From Squalus acanthias (taxonomy: Eukaryota): a stretch of DNA of 64,000 bases. Below, piece by piece: positions 53,528 through 63,800 of this stretch. The position numbers were made by a program, and so were the translations under genes. Under the pieces are notes generated by a model. It saw nothing but the letters and a program-made list of their open reading frames with translations. It searched no databases and was not told where the DNA came from. Every line of letters begins with the position of its first letter. Positions within the stretch are counted from its first letter, which is position 1. The DNA lies in NCBI GenBank assembly GCA_030390025.1, contig CM059432.1:44208001-44272000 (forward strand), written 5' to 3'.

Positions 53528-53542
53528 CAATTCTCAGCATGA
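53528..53542 (+). CDS. C8orf88: Candidate terminal coding exon of C8orf88 (QFSA*)
   Basis: Long pyrimidine tract plus ccag acceptor in phase 0; AATAAA at 53619-53624 followed by GT-rich sequence. An alternative AG 10 nt downstream would give HETLKY*. Confidence 0.45.
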   Translation, partial: QFSA

Positions 53543-53793
53543 AACATTAAAATATTAGAATTTCACCTCTCGGGTTAGAAAAAATTGAAAGAAATGTTTA
53601 AAGGGTATAATCTAATACAATAAAGCTTTGGGTGGGTGGGAGTTTAATCTGAAATACTTTCTGAAAAGAATTGTAGTCTGGAAATAACTGTTAATGCTAC
53701 AGTAAACATCTACAGTAATATAGGAATGGAGAATACTGCAGATTTAAGTTAACAATATATATTACTGATCTAGACAAGAGAACTAGATGTAAT

Positions 53794-54521
53794 GGCCCAA
53801 AAATTAGTCTGAGTACGCACTGTACTCTCGCGTATTCTGTCTCCAATTGCTGGTTTTCTGCATGCACTGCGCATGCGCTGAAAACCGGCACTTGGTGAAC
53901 TCAAAAGGGGGCGGTTCCTAAGTGAACCGCGTGCGCGCTACAGGCTGCGCGCACGCAGTGCACTTAGTGCTTTGAACGCGCAGGTAAGCATGGAAGATTT
54001 TACACATAAAGAAAGGAGGCGTAAGACCCTCTTTTAACAAGGTAAGTAGTTAATTAAGTATTTTAAATTTTTTTCAACAGGTTTATCTTTTTTAGAGACT
54101 TTAAAGAAAGGTAAGTTTATTTTTATAACTTTTAAAAAGATTTTAAATTTTTTCAAAAATTTAATTTTTTGTTTAAAGTGGTTAATTTATTTAACTATAC
54201 TTATTTTATTAATGTGATGGTTTTTTTTAAATTTAATTGAGGTTTAGCTGTTCTTTTGGGGGGGGTATAGATTCATAGCTTTGACAGCCCTTGCTGTCAA
54301 AACTATGAATGAAAGATGGTGTGCTGCCATTGGCTCTAACTGAATCACGTGATCCCACAGCTCGCACGAATTAACTGCGTCTGTGGGATACGCACACACT
54401 GCACAGCTGCAGCCTTGAAACTAAAGTTCGTGTGAGCTCGGAAGGAAAAGGCAGGCGCGCAGTGAGATATCGCGGGGAAGCCTTACCCCCGCAGGAAGGC
54501 TCCGTCTTTAATTTCTGGGCC
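53794..54521. mobile_element. Non-autonomous Harbinger-type element (728 bp) with AAT duplication
   Basis: TIRs GGCCCAAAAATTA / TAATTTCTGGGCC. Reads tgtAAT[...]AATatctcc versus the empty site tgtAATatctcc at about 14355. Confidence 0.9.
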
Positions 54522-54932
54522 AATATCTCCAAGTTTGCAGACGACACAAAGCTGGGTGGGCGTGTGTGCTGTGAGGAGGATGCTGAGAAACTCCAGGATG
54601 ATTTGGACAGGTTGGTTGATTGGGCAGAAGCATGGAAGATGCAATATAACGTGGATAAATGCGAGGTTATCCACTTTGGTGTCAAAAACAGGAAGGCAGA
54701 TTATTATCTGAATGGCAATAGATTGGGAGAAGGGGAAGTGCAATGAGACCTGGGTGTCATTGTGCACCAGTCGCTGAAGGTAAGCATGCAGGTGCAGCAG
54801 GTGGTTAAGAAGGCAAATGGTATGTTGGCCTTCGTAGCGAGAAGGTTTGAGTACAGGAACAAGGATGTCTTGCTGCAGTTGTACAAGGCCTTGGTGAGAC
54901 CACACCTTGAGTATTGTGTGCAGTTTTGGTCG

Positions 54933-55126
54933 TGTGGTAACACAATACAGCTTCCTGTGACTCGAACTTTATTGCATCACTTCCTGTGATTAGTCCAGGA
55001 TAAATACTGGACTGATCAGTTGGATCCTGGAGAGGCATAGAGTAAGACCTCTTTTGTATGTAGCACCTTTTTAGTTGATTAAAGCTTACTTTAAGTTCAC
55101 CACGCGTAAGGCTCATTCTTACGACA
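54933..55126 (+). repeat. 5' LTR (194 bp)
   Basis: Direct repeat of 59180-59372, differing by 2 substitutions and one 1-bp indel. Confidence 0.97.
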
Positions 55127-55127
55127 A

Positions 55128-55138
55128 TTTAATCAACT
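55128..55138 (+). promoter_or_regulatory. Non-tRNA primer-binding site TTTAATCAACT (candidate self-priming site)
   Basis: Lies 1 nt after the LTR, has no TGG, and is the perfect reverse complement of LTR 55073-55083 AGTTGATTAAA. Confidence 0.8.
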
Positions 55139-55204
55139 TTGAAAAACTTCGCACTCAAACTTTTTGGACGAACTCGGAACTAAGGATCCAGGGAATCACC
55201 CATC

Positions 55205-58200
55205 ATGGAAAACATCCTTAAACCATCGCGTCTTGACTTGGACCCAAACACCCCAGCAGCCGGTAAGGTGTGGAAACACTGGTATCGCACGTTTGACAAT
55301 TTTCTTGAATATTGTAAGGCTGATGATGACTCAAAGTTGCGGATACTCATCAACTGTGTCACCCCGAATGTATTTCAGTATGTGGAGGAATGGGACAGTT
55401 ACGAGGAGGCAATTCGGACGCTTAAGAGACTATATACTAAGACACCGAATGAGGTCTATGCCAGACATCTACTAGCTACAGCCCAACAAGGGCCGGAGGA
55501 ATCCATTGATAAATTCCTCCAAGAGCTTCGCAGACTTAGTATGGACTGTAACTTTCGGGCGGCCTCAGCTGAGCTGTACCGTGAAGAAATGATCCGTGAT
55601 GCTTTCATCTGCGGGCTTGCCTCCCCATTTATACGCCAGCGTCTACTGGAAAGTAAGACACTTGAGCTTCAGAGAGCTTATGACATGGCTTGCTCTCTAG
55701 ATCTGGCAAAAAGAAATGCAGACCTTTATACAGTGCCCAGACCTCGGTCTACTGCCTTAACTACAGTCAGGCAATTTAAGAGGCCACAGGTGAACTCTAT
55801 TAGGCAGGACTTTATCCCTGACGATCAATCTAATGACTTCACTGATGAAGAGGATGATGACCCCACTGTGGCAGCCTCTTGGCAATCTAAGAAATGCTTC
55901 TTTTGTGGTGATGAGTTTCACCCTCGGAAATTCTGCCCTGCTCGCAATGCGTTTTGCAGTCATTGCGACAAAAAGGGTCATTTTGCAAAGGTTTGCCTAT
56001 CTAGAGCCTCTACGAGGGCTTATCAAGCTAAGTCCTACCGAACTGCCCCGGTAAGGGCCTATCAAGATGTTCCGGCTAAAATCTATCGTGCTTCCTCTCG
56101 GGTTTTCTCTGGAAGAAACACACCTAGAGTTTCAGCCACTCTTTGTGCAACGACACCAATTACAGCTGCTTGTCCTCAGAACCTATTCCATGCAGCCACA
56201 AAAGCATCAATTAATGGACATACTTTAGATGCCTTAATTGACTCAGGTAGCACTAATAGTTTCATTAGGGAACAGATTGTTGCAGAGTTAAAGCTACATG
56301 TTTTCCCATCAGACCAGGCAATTGCGATGGCTCAGTCATCACTTAATACCAGAATTTCTGGCTTTTGTATGGTTGAAATAACACTTAATGGTCACAGGTA
56401 TCCCTCCACCCGGCTTTCGGTGCTCAAGGACTTATGTAGTGATCTTATCTTAGGGCTGGATTTTCAAAAGCAGCATAAGAAGCTCACCATTGAGTTCGGC
56501 GGATCCAAACCTGAACTCACTATTTCTAATATACGACCTCGATTACCGTTCTGTGCATTGTCAGCAGCTTCACTGGATGAACCCTCACTGTTTGCCAGTA
56601 TCCCTCCTCGATGCAAACCGATTATAACAAAGTCACGACGTTTCAGTCAGGAAGACCAGTCTTTTATTGCGGCTGAGATTTCTCGGCTTTTAGCAGAGGA
56701 TATCATCGAGCCTTGTTCGTCGCCATGGCGCGCCCAGGTCGTTATTGTTAAGAACCCTCTACAACCTCACAAGAAACGGCTGTGCATTGACTATTCACAG
56801 ACCATCAATCAATATATGGACTTGGACGCATACCCATTGCCGCGCATCGATGATATGGTTAATAAACTGGCTTAGTACACGGTGTTCTCAACATATGATC
56901 TGAAAAGTGCCTATCATCAGGTACCCTTGAAGGTCTCAGACAAGCAGTATACGGCCTTTGAAGCCAATGGACGGCTGTATCAATTTCGTCGCCTCCCCTT
57001 TGGGGTCACTAATGGAGTGGCTGTCTTCCAGCGAGCAATGGATGACCTGGTCAAACAGGAAGACTTGAAGGATACGTTTCCTTATCTGGACAATATTACT
57101 GTCGCAGGTCGCAATCAGCGGGAACATGACGCCAATCTCCAACGATTTTGGGATGCACTCCAGCACCGTAATTTGACATTAAATGCGGCTAAATCCATTG
57201 AGTCACAACCAACCATCAACATCCTTGGCTATTGTGTGGGCAATGGCATCATTAAACCTGACCCTGAAAGGCTTCGCCCACTCCAAGAACTCCCGCCACC
57301 TAAGAATCCGGCCTCCTTGCGCCGGGCCCTCGGCCTGTTTGCATACTATGCTAAATGGATTCCTAACTTTTCGGACCGAATCCAACCTCTACTGAAGGCC
57401 AGCACATTCCCACTAGACACAGCGGCTGTTGCAGCCTTTAACCTCCTGAAAAAACAGTTGGAGAAAGCGGCTCTTCACTCCATCGATGAGAGTCTTCCTT
57501 TTGTTGTTGAGTGTGATGCCTCGGAGGTGGCGATCTCGGCCACTCTGAATCAGGAAGGTCGTCCGGTGGCATTTTTGTCCAGGACTTTTCAAGGGGCTGA
57601 GCTACATTATCCTCCAGTCGAGAAAGAAGCTACAGCCATCATAGAGGCAGTACGGAAGTGGAGTCATCTCCTAGCTCGCCAGCACTTTACCTTAATCACG
57701 GACCAGCGATCGGTCGCCTTCATGCTCGATAATCGAAAACGGACCAAAATTAAAAATAATAAAATCCAGCTTTGGCGGCTGGAATTGGCCTCTTTTGGTT
57801 ACACCATCCACTATCGACCTGGCAAGGAGAATGTGGCTCCGGATACCCTCACACGAGCATTCTGCTCCGCCATGGCACCCTCTACGCTCGTAGACATCCA
57901 TGATGGGTTGTGTCATCCGGGCGTTACTCGCATGCTACACTTCGTGCGGTCCCGAAATCTCCCATTCTCTACCGGGGATGTAAAGAAGATGTGCTCGGAC
58001 TGCAGAGTCTGTGCGGAATTGAAACCTCAGTTTTTCCGCCCCTCGGGTGGTATACTCATACATGCGACCCAGCCAATGCAACGGCTTAGCATCGATTTTA
58101 AGGGGCCGTTGCCCTCTTCAACTCGCAACACTTATCTATTGACCATGGTCGATGAGTATTCCCGTTTTCCGTTTGCCTTTCCCTGCCCCAATATGCTGAC

Positions 58201-59161
58201 GACCACGGTTATCAGCTGCCTTGAGCAGGTATTTGCTTTCTGTGGCATGGCATCCTATGTTCATTCGGATCGGGGCCCTTCTTTTATGTCAGGAGAACTC
58301 AAGGCCTATCTCTCGGAACGGGGTATTGCTGCCAGCAGAACGACGCCTTATCATCCGGTCGGGAATGGGCAAGTCGAGCGTTTTAACGCTATCATCTGGA
58401 ATGCGGTACATCTGGCTTTGAGATCTCGGGGCCTACCCAACCAGCAATGGGAAGCTGTACTTCCAGACGCATTACACTCCACACGGTCCCTCCTTTCGAC
58501 CGCCACAAATACGACGCCTCATGAACGGTTCTTCCGATTTCAGCGTCGCTCATCCTATGGGATATCTCTCCCGTCGTGGCTAACTACACCGGGACCAGTG
58601 CTACTCCGAAGATATGTCCGGGCGTCTAAGAATGACCCCCTGGTAGATGAAGTTGAGCTCACTGACGTCAACCCTACCTACGCCTATATTCGGTATCCTG
58701 ACGGTCGGGAATCTACCGTGTCATTGCGGGATCTGGCTCCCTGCCCGCCGAAACATAGAGGGACACCAGGGGATGATATTGTACCAGACACATCTCTGGG
58801 CTCGCCAGGTGCCTCTCATCACGATCTGGATCTGACGCCGGCTGGTACCTCACTCCAGCGTACCGACCTGGGGCAGACTGACTATGAGCCCGTCGGGGCT
58901 CGCACGCGCAGCCACGATCCACCCCGTACCGTACGCTCGGAAACGGATCTGCCACAGCCCTGCCCGACACCCGTTCGGGCACCAGTACACAGTCAGGATC
59001 GTCCTGACCCCTCACAGAGCGGGCTGGATCACTCGGACTCTGGTCCACGGCCCGCGGCGGGTAAACGGGCTAGGGGCCCTCTCCCGCTACGAGAACCCAA
59101 ACGGGTGCGGCTCTCCCTCGTCCAGCAGCTACGAAATGGAGGGAGCATCCCGGCCTCCTAA
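55205..59161 (+). pseudogene. Single-frame gag-pol polyprotein (about 1318 aa) with one in-frame TAG at 56873-56875
   Basis: ORFs 55205-56875 and 56882-59161 share a frame. Two CCHC knuckles (55895-55996), protease ALIDSGS, RT (DLKSAYHQ, LPFG, YLDN), RNase H (ECDAS, EKEA, TDQ) and integrase HHCC + D,D,E (SIDF, HSDRG, QVER). Confidence 0.95.
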
Positions 59162-59167
59162 TCTTTT

Positions 59168-59179
59168 GGGGGGGGAGAA
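59168..59179 (+). promoter_or_regulatory. Polypurine tract
   Basis: GGGGGGGGAGAA abuts the TG of the 3' LTR. Confidence 0.9.
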
Positions 59180-59372
59180 TGTGGTAACACAATACAGCTT
59201 CCTGTGACTCGAACTTTATTGCATCACTTCCTGTGATTAGTCCAGGATAAATACTGGACTGATCAGTTGGATCCTGGAGAGGCATAGTGTAAGACCTCTT
59301 TGTATGTAGCACCTTTTTAGTTGATTAAAGCTTTCTTTAAGTTCACCACGCGTAAGGCTCATTCTTACGACA
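59180..59372 (+). repeat. 3' LTR (193 bp)
   Basis: Direct repeat of the 5' LTR; ATTAAA at 59324-59329. Confidence 0.97.
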
Positions 59373-60489
59373 GGTCGCCTTATCTGAGGAAGGAGGTTCT
59401 TGCCATGGAAGGAGTTCAGCAAAGATTCACCAGGCTGATACCTGGGATGGCAGGAATGACGTATGAGGAGAGATTGGGTCGATTGGGCTTATACTCGCTG
59501 GAGTTTAGAAGAATGAGAGGGGATCTCATTGAAACTTATAAAATTCTGAAAGGACTGGACAGACTAGATGCAGGAAGGATGTTCCCGATGGTCGGGGAGT
59601 CCAGAACCAGGGGTCACAGTCTAAGGATAAGGGGTAAGCCATTTAGGACAGAAATAAGGAGGAATTTCTTCACCCAGAGAGTGGTGAACCTGTGGAATTC
59701 TCTACCACAGAAAGCAGTAGAGGCCAATTCATTAAATATATTCAAGAAGGAGTTGGATATATTTCTTGAGGCTAAAGGGATCTGGGGAGAAAGCAGGGAC
59801 AGGGTTCTGAATTTGGATGATCAGCCATGATCGCATTGAATGGCGGAGCAGGCTAGAGGGGCCGAATGGCCTACTGCTCCTATCTTCTATGTTTCTATGT
59901 TAACGTAAGCTGCTAGATGTTAGGAGGAAGTGGCGTCAAAGAACTGAAGATTTCATTTGGCTTGTTAATGTAATTATTGCTGGCATAAGTACTTGACTTG
60001 AACTTGTCGCATTTTCCAAGTCTCCCACATCAAACGTATTCCTCCCTCAGAAATCCAGAAACTGCAGATTGTTTGTCTGTAATTATAGTTTATCTGCTAC
60101 AACTAAGCTTCAAAATACAACAATTTATCTACAATTTATATTGAATTCAGTGCTCTACTAATGTTGCAGTTGGCTGAGGAGGAATAGTGAGAGCAGGAAA
60201 GAGCTACCATGATGTCAGATAGCACACAAATTGTATGTAGCACATCAGGTCTACTGTATCAGGCACAGCTACCTTGGAATGACTAGAGAGCAATGCCTTA
60301 GGAGGTTGTGATAGATCTGTGCCATGTCCTCAGTAAAGACCTGCAGACAAAATCAAACACCTGTACAGCACTGTGGCAGGCTGTCAAAGTGTTCACTGCC
60401 CTCAATTATTTGGTGTTGGGCTCTTTCCAAACTAGCACTGGTAACATCTGCAATGTCTGCCAGTTTCCAGGTCATAGATACATCACTAC

Positions 60490-60952
60490 TACAACAACAA
60501 CAACAACTTGTATTTATATAGTGCCTTTTAACATAGTAAAACATCCCATGGCACTTCACAGGAGTATTATAAGACAAAAAAAAGTTGACACCGAGCCACA
60601 TAAGGAGAAATTAGGGCAGATGACCAAAAGCTTGGTCTAAGAGGTAAGTTTTAAGGAGTGTCTTAAAGGAGAAAAGAGAGGCAGAGAGGTTTAGGGAGGG
60701 AATTCCAGAGCTTAAGGCCTAGGCAGCTGAAGGCACGGCCACCAATGGTTGGGGGATTCAAATCAGGGATGCTCAGGAGGGAAGAATTAGAGGAGCGCAG
60801 ATATCGCGGGATGCGGGGGGGAGTTGTGGGGTTGGAGGAGATTACATAGATAGGGACAAGGTCATGGAGGAATTTTGAAAACAAGGATGAGAATTTTAAA
60901 ATTGAGGCGTTGCTTAACCGAGAGCCAATGTAGGTCAGCAAGCACAGGGGTG
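60490..60952 (-). mobile_element. L2 3' end with (TTG)n tail
   Basis: Reverse complement of 22285-22733 and 39025-39460. Confidence 0.88.
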
Positions 60953-60954
60953 CC

Positions 60955-61409
60955 TTGCGTTTATATAGCGCCTTTCATGACCACCAGATGTCCCAAAGCG
61001 CTTTACAGCCAATAAAGTACTTTTTGAAATGTAGTCACTTTTGTAATGTAGAAAACGCAGCAGCCAATTTACGCACAGCAAGCTCCCATAAACAGCAATG
61101 TGATAATGACCCGATAATCTGTTTTAGTGATGTTAATTGAGGGATAAATATTGGGCAGGACACCGGGGATAACTCCCCTGCTCTTCTTCGAAATAGTGCC
61201 TTAGGATCTTTTACATCCACCTGAGAGAGCAGACGGCACTTGGTTTAACGTCCCATCTGAAAGACGGCACCTCCTACAGTGCAGCACTCCCTCAGTACTG
61301 CACTGGAGTGTCAGCCTAGATTTTTGTGCTCAAATCTCTGGAGTGGGACCTGAACCCACAACCTTCTGACTCAGAGCCAAGGGTGCTACTGACTGAGCCA
61401 CAGCTGACA
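60955..61409 (-). mobile_element. tRNA-derived Deu-domain SINE (SacSINE1-like)
   Basis: Head GTGGCTCAGT..GGTTCAGGTCC; Deu core GGAGGTGCCGTCTTTCAGATG..TAAAAGATCC..GGCACTATTTCGAAGAAGAGCAGGGG; L2-like tail GGCGCTATATAAA. Confidence 0.8.
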
Positions 61410-62215
61410 CATATCACTTCATTACTTTTGACAGCAACTGCTGTATAATAGCAATATAATTCCACTGGTGTGCTGGTTTTCCAGGGCCATGTTGCCATTG
61501 AAATCACCATGTAATAACCCTAACCCTAACTCTAATGCCCTCTATGAACTGTTAGTACTTTCATTCTGTCAGTGTATATGCAAGCACCAGCACAGAATTA
61601 TGCTCTAAATACTTGCTTCCCTAGGAGCTTTGACAATGCCTTTGTTTTAAGGCAGTCATTTGTGTCGCCCTTATTTTAGGGAAATGAAGAGTGGAAAGAT
61701 GGCTCCTGGGAGATTAAGAGTACCATTTTCGGCCATAACTCATGTCACACTTGTGCCAAACATGGACAGAAAACAAAGCACGGTATAGTGAGGTGCATGC
61801 TACAATCAGAATAATTATCATACGTACCACTGGGATCTGGCAGAAGTACTTCAGATGTCTTAACTCATTGGGGTAACTTACAGTAGAGCCCCTGCTCTCA
61901 AATAATTTTTGTCTTCTGCATACTCCATAGTCTTATCCTGTAAAATGGGCTGATGTGGAGGTAGAAGAACAGGATGCTGAAGCCACAGCAGATCTGGAAG
62001 GTAAACGTGACAACAATCAATTAACTGCTGACCCACCAGTGCAGCAAGGAAGAGGAGTGTGACTGGTACTTATCCAAGGTGCCTTCTAATGAATGCCAGA
62101 GCTGCCACATTTCTTAATCCTGTTATCCAAATCTGCTTAGTAACCTTCTCCAACCACAATCTCCTACACTTTCTTGCACAGTTCTTCAAACACCATCTAT
62201 GCTGTGCTCCTGCTG

Positions 62216-63800
62216 TATTAAAAGTGGATAAATCTCCAGGCCCGGATGAAATGTATCCCAGGCTGTTAAGCGAAGCAAAAGAGGAAATAGCAGAGGCCCT
62301 GACCATCAATTTCCAATCCTCTCTCTGGCTTCAGGTGTGGTGCCAGAGGACTGGAGGACTGCTAATGTGGTACCCTTGTTTAAAAAGGGAGAAAAGGATA
62401 GACCAAGTAATTACAGGCCAGTCAGCCTAACCTCAGTGGTGGGAAAATTATTGGAAAGAATTCTGAAGGACGGGATAAATCTTCATTTAGAAAGACACGG
62501 ATTAATCAAGGATAGTCAGCATGGATTTGTTAAGGGAAGGTCGTGTCTGACAAACTTGATTGAATTTTTTGAGGTAACAAGGAGGGTAGATGAGGGTAGT
62601 GCGTTTGATGTAGTGTATATGGACTTTAGCAAGGCTTTTGATAAGGTTCCACATGGCAGACTGGTCATGAAGTTAAAAGCCCATGGGATCCAGGGCAAAG
62701 TATCAAGTTGGATTCAAAACTGGCTCGGAGACAGGAAGCAGAGGGTAATGGTTGATGGGTGTTTTTGTGACTGGAAGCCTGTTTACAGTGGGGTTCTGCA
62801 GGGCTCAGTACTAGGTACCTTGCTTTTTGTGGTATATATCAACAATCTAGACTTGAATATAGGGGGTATGATTAAGAAGTTTGCAGATGATACTAAAATT
62901 GGCTGTGTGGTTGATACTGAAGAAGGAAGCTATAGACTGCAGGAAGATATCAATAAATTGGTCAGGTGGGCAGAACAGTGGCAAATGAAATTCAATCCGG
63001 AGAAGTGTGAGGTAATGCATTTGGGGAGGGCTAACAAGGAAAGGGAATACACATTAAATGGTAGGACACTGAGTAGTGTAGAGGAACAAAGGGACCTTGG
63101 AGTGCATGTCCACAGATCCCTGAAGGTAGCAGGCCAGGTAGATAAGGTGGTTAAGAAAGCATACGAAATGCTTGCCTTTATTAGCCGTGGCATAGAATAC
63201 AAGAGCAGGGGGGGTTATGCTTCAACTGTATAAAACACTAGTTAGGCCTCAGCTAGAGTACTGCGTGCAGTTCTGGTCACCACATTACAGGAAAGATGTG
63301 ATTGCACTAGAGAGGGTACAGAGGAGATTTACAAGGATGTTGCCAGGAGTAGAGAATCTTAGCTATGAGGAAAGACTGGATAGGCTGGGTTTGTTTTCCT
63401 TAGAACAGAGGAGGCTGAGGGGGAGACCTTATTGAGGTGTATAAAATTATGAGGGGCCTAGATAAAGTGGACAGAAAGGACCTATTTCCCTTAGCAGAGG
63501 GGCCAAAATCCAGGGGGCACAGGTTTAAAGTAATTGGTGGAAGGTTTAGAGGGGATTTGAGGGGAAATCTCTTCACCCAGAGGGTTGTGGGGGTCTGGAA
63601 CTCACTGCCTGAAAGGGTGGTAGAGGCAGAAACCCTAACATTTAAAAAGTACTTGGATGTGCACTTGGGATGCTGTAACCTGCAGGGCTACGGACCAAGA
63701 GCTGGGAAGTGGGATTAGGCTGGATAGCTCTTTGTTGGCCGGCGTGGTCACGATGGGCTGAAATGGCCTCCTTCCATGCTGTAACTTTCTATGATTCTAT
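62216..63800 (+). mobile_element. CR1 LINE spanning the full RT domain, frameshifted
   Basis: KSPGPDEMYPRLL; ORFs 62337-63233, 63217-63435 and 63437-63718; tail TTCTATGATTCTAT. Confidence 0.95.

Larger units (their letters stand above)
54933..59372 (+). mobile_element. Full-length Ty3/Gypsy LTR retrotransposon (Mag-like), 4440 bp
   Basis: TG...CA LTRs; GGTCG duplicated at 54928-54932 and 59373-59377; PPT at 59168-59179; gag-PR-RT-RH-IN order. Confidence 0.97.
53752..59900 (+). mobile_element. CR1 LINE split into three pieces (53752-53793, 54522-54932, 59373-59900)
   Basis: The pieces are colinear with the uninterrupted sister copy at 14320-15300. Confidence 0.93.
60170..62050 (+). pseudogene. 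Old Harbinger transposase remnant interrupted by an L2 tail and a SINE
   Basis: TALWQAVKVFTALNYLVLGSFQTSTGNICNVCQF at 60360-60470; the continuation after 61410 is weak. Confidence 0.55.

Noticed and set aside
56873..56875. Programmed gag-pol stop read-through at the TAG
   Set aside because: The stop lies inside RT (after YPLPRIDD, before DLKSAYHQ), not at the gag/protease boundary, and lacks a CARYYA context. Better explained as a nonsense mutation.
58750..59161. Chromodomain or env-like domain at the pol C-terminus
   Set aside because: Pro/Arg/Ser-rich low-complexity tail with no aromatic-cage pattern, signal peptide or transmembrane segment.
61515..61534. Interstitial telomeric repeat (TAACCC)n
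   Set aside because: Only about three imperfect units; not distinguishable from chance slippage.
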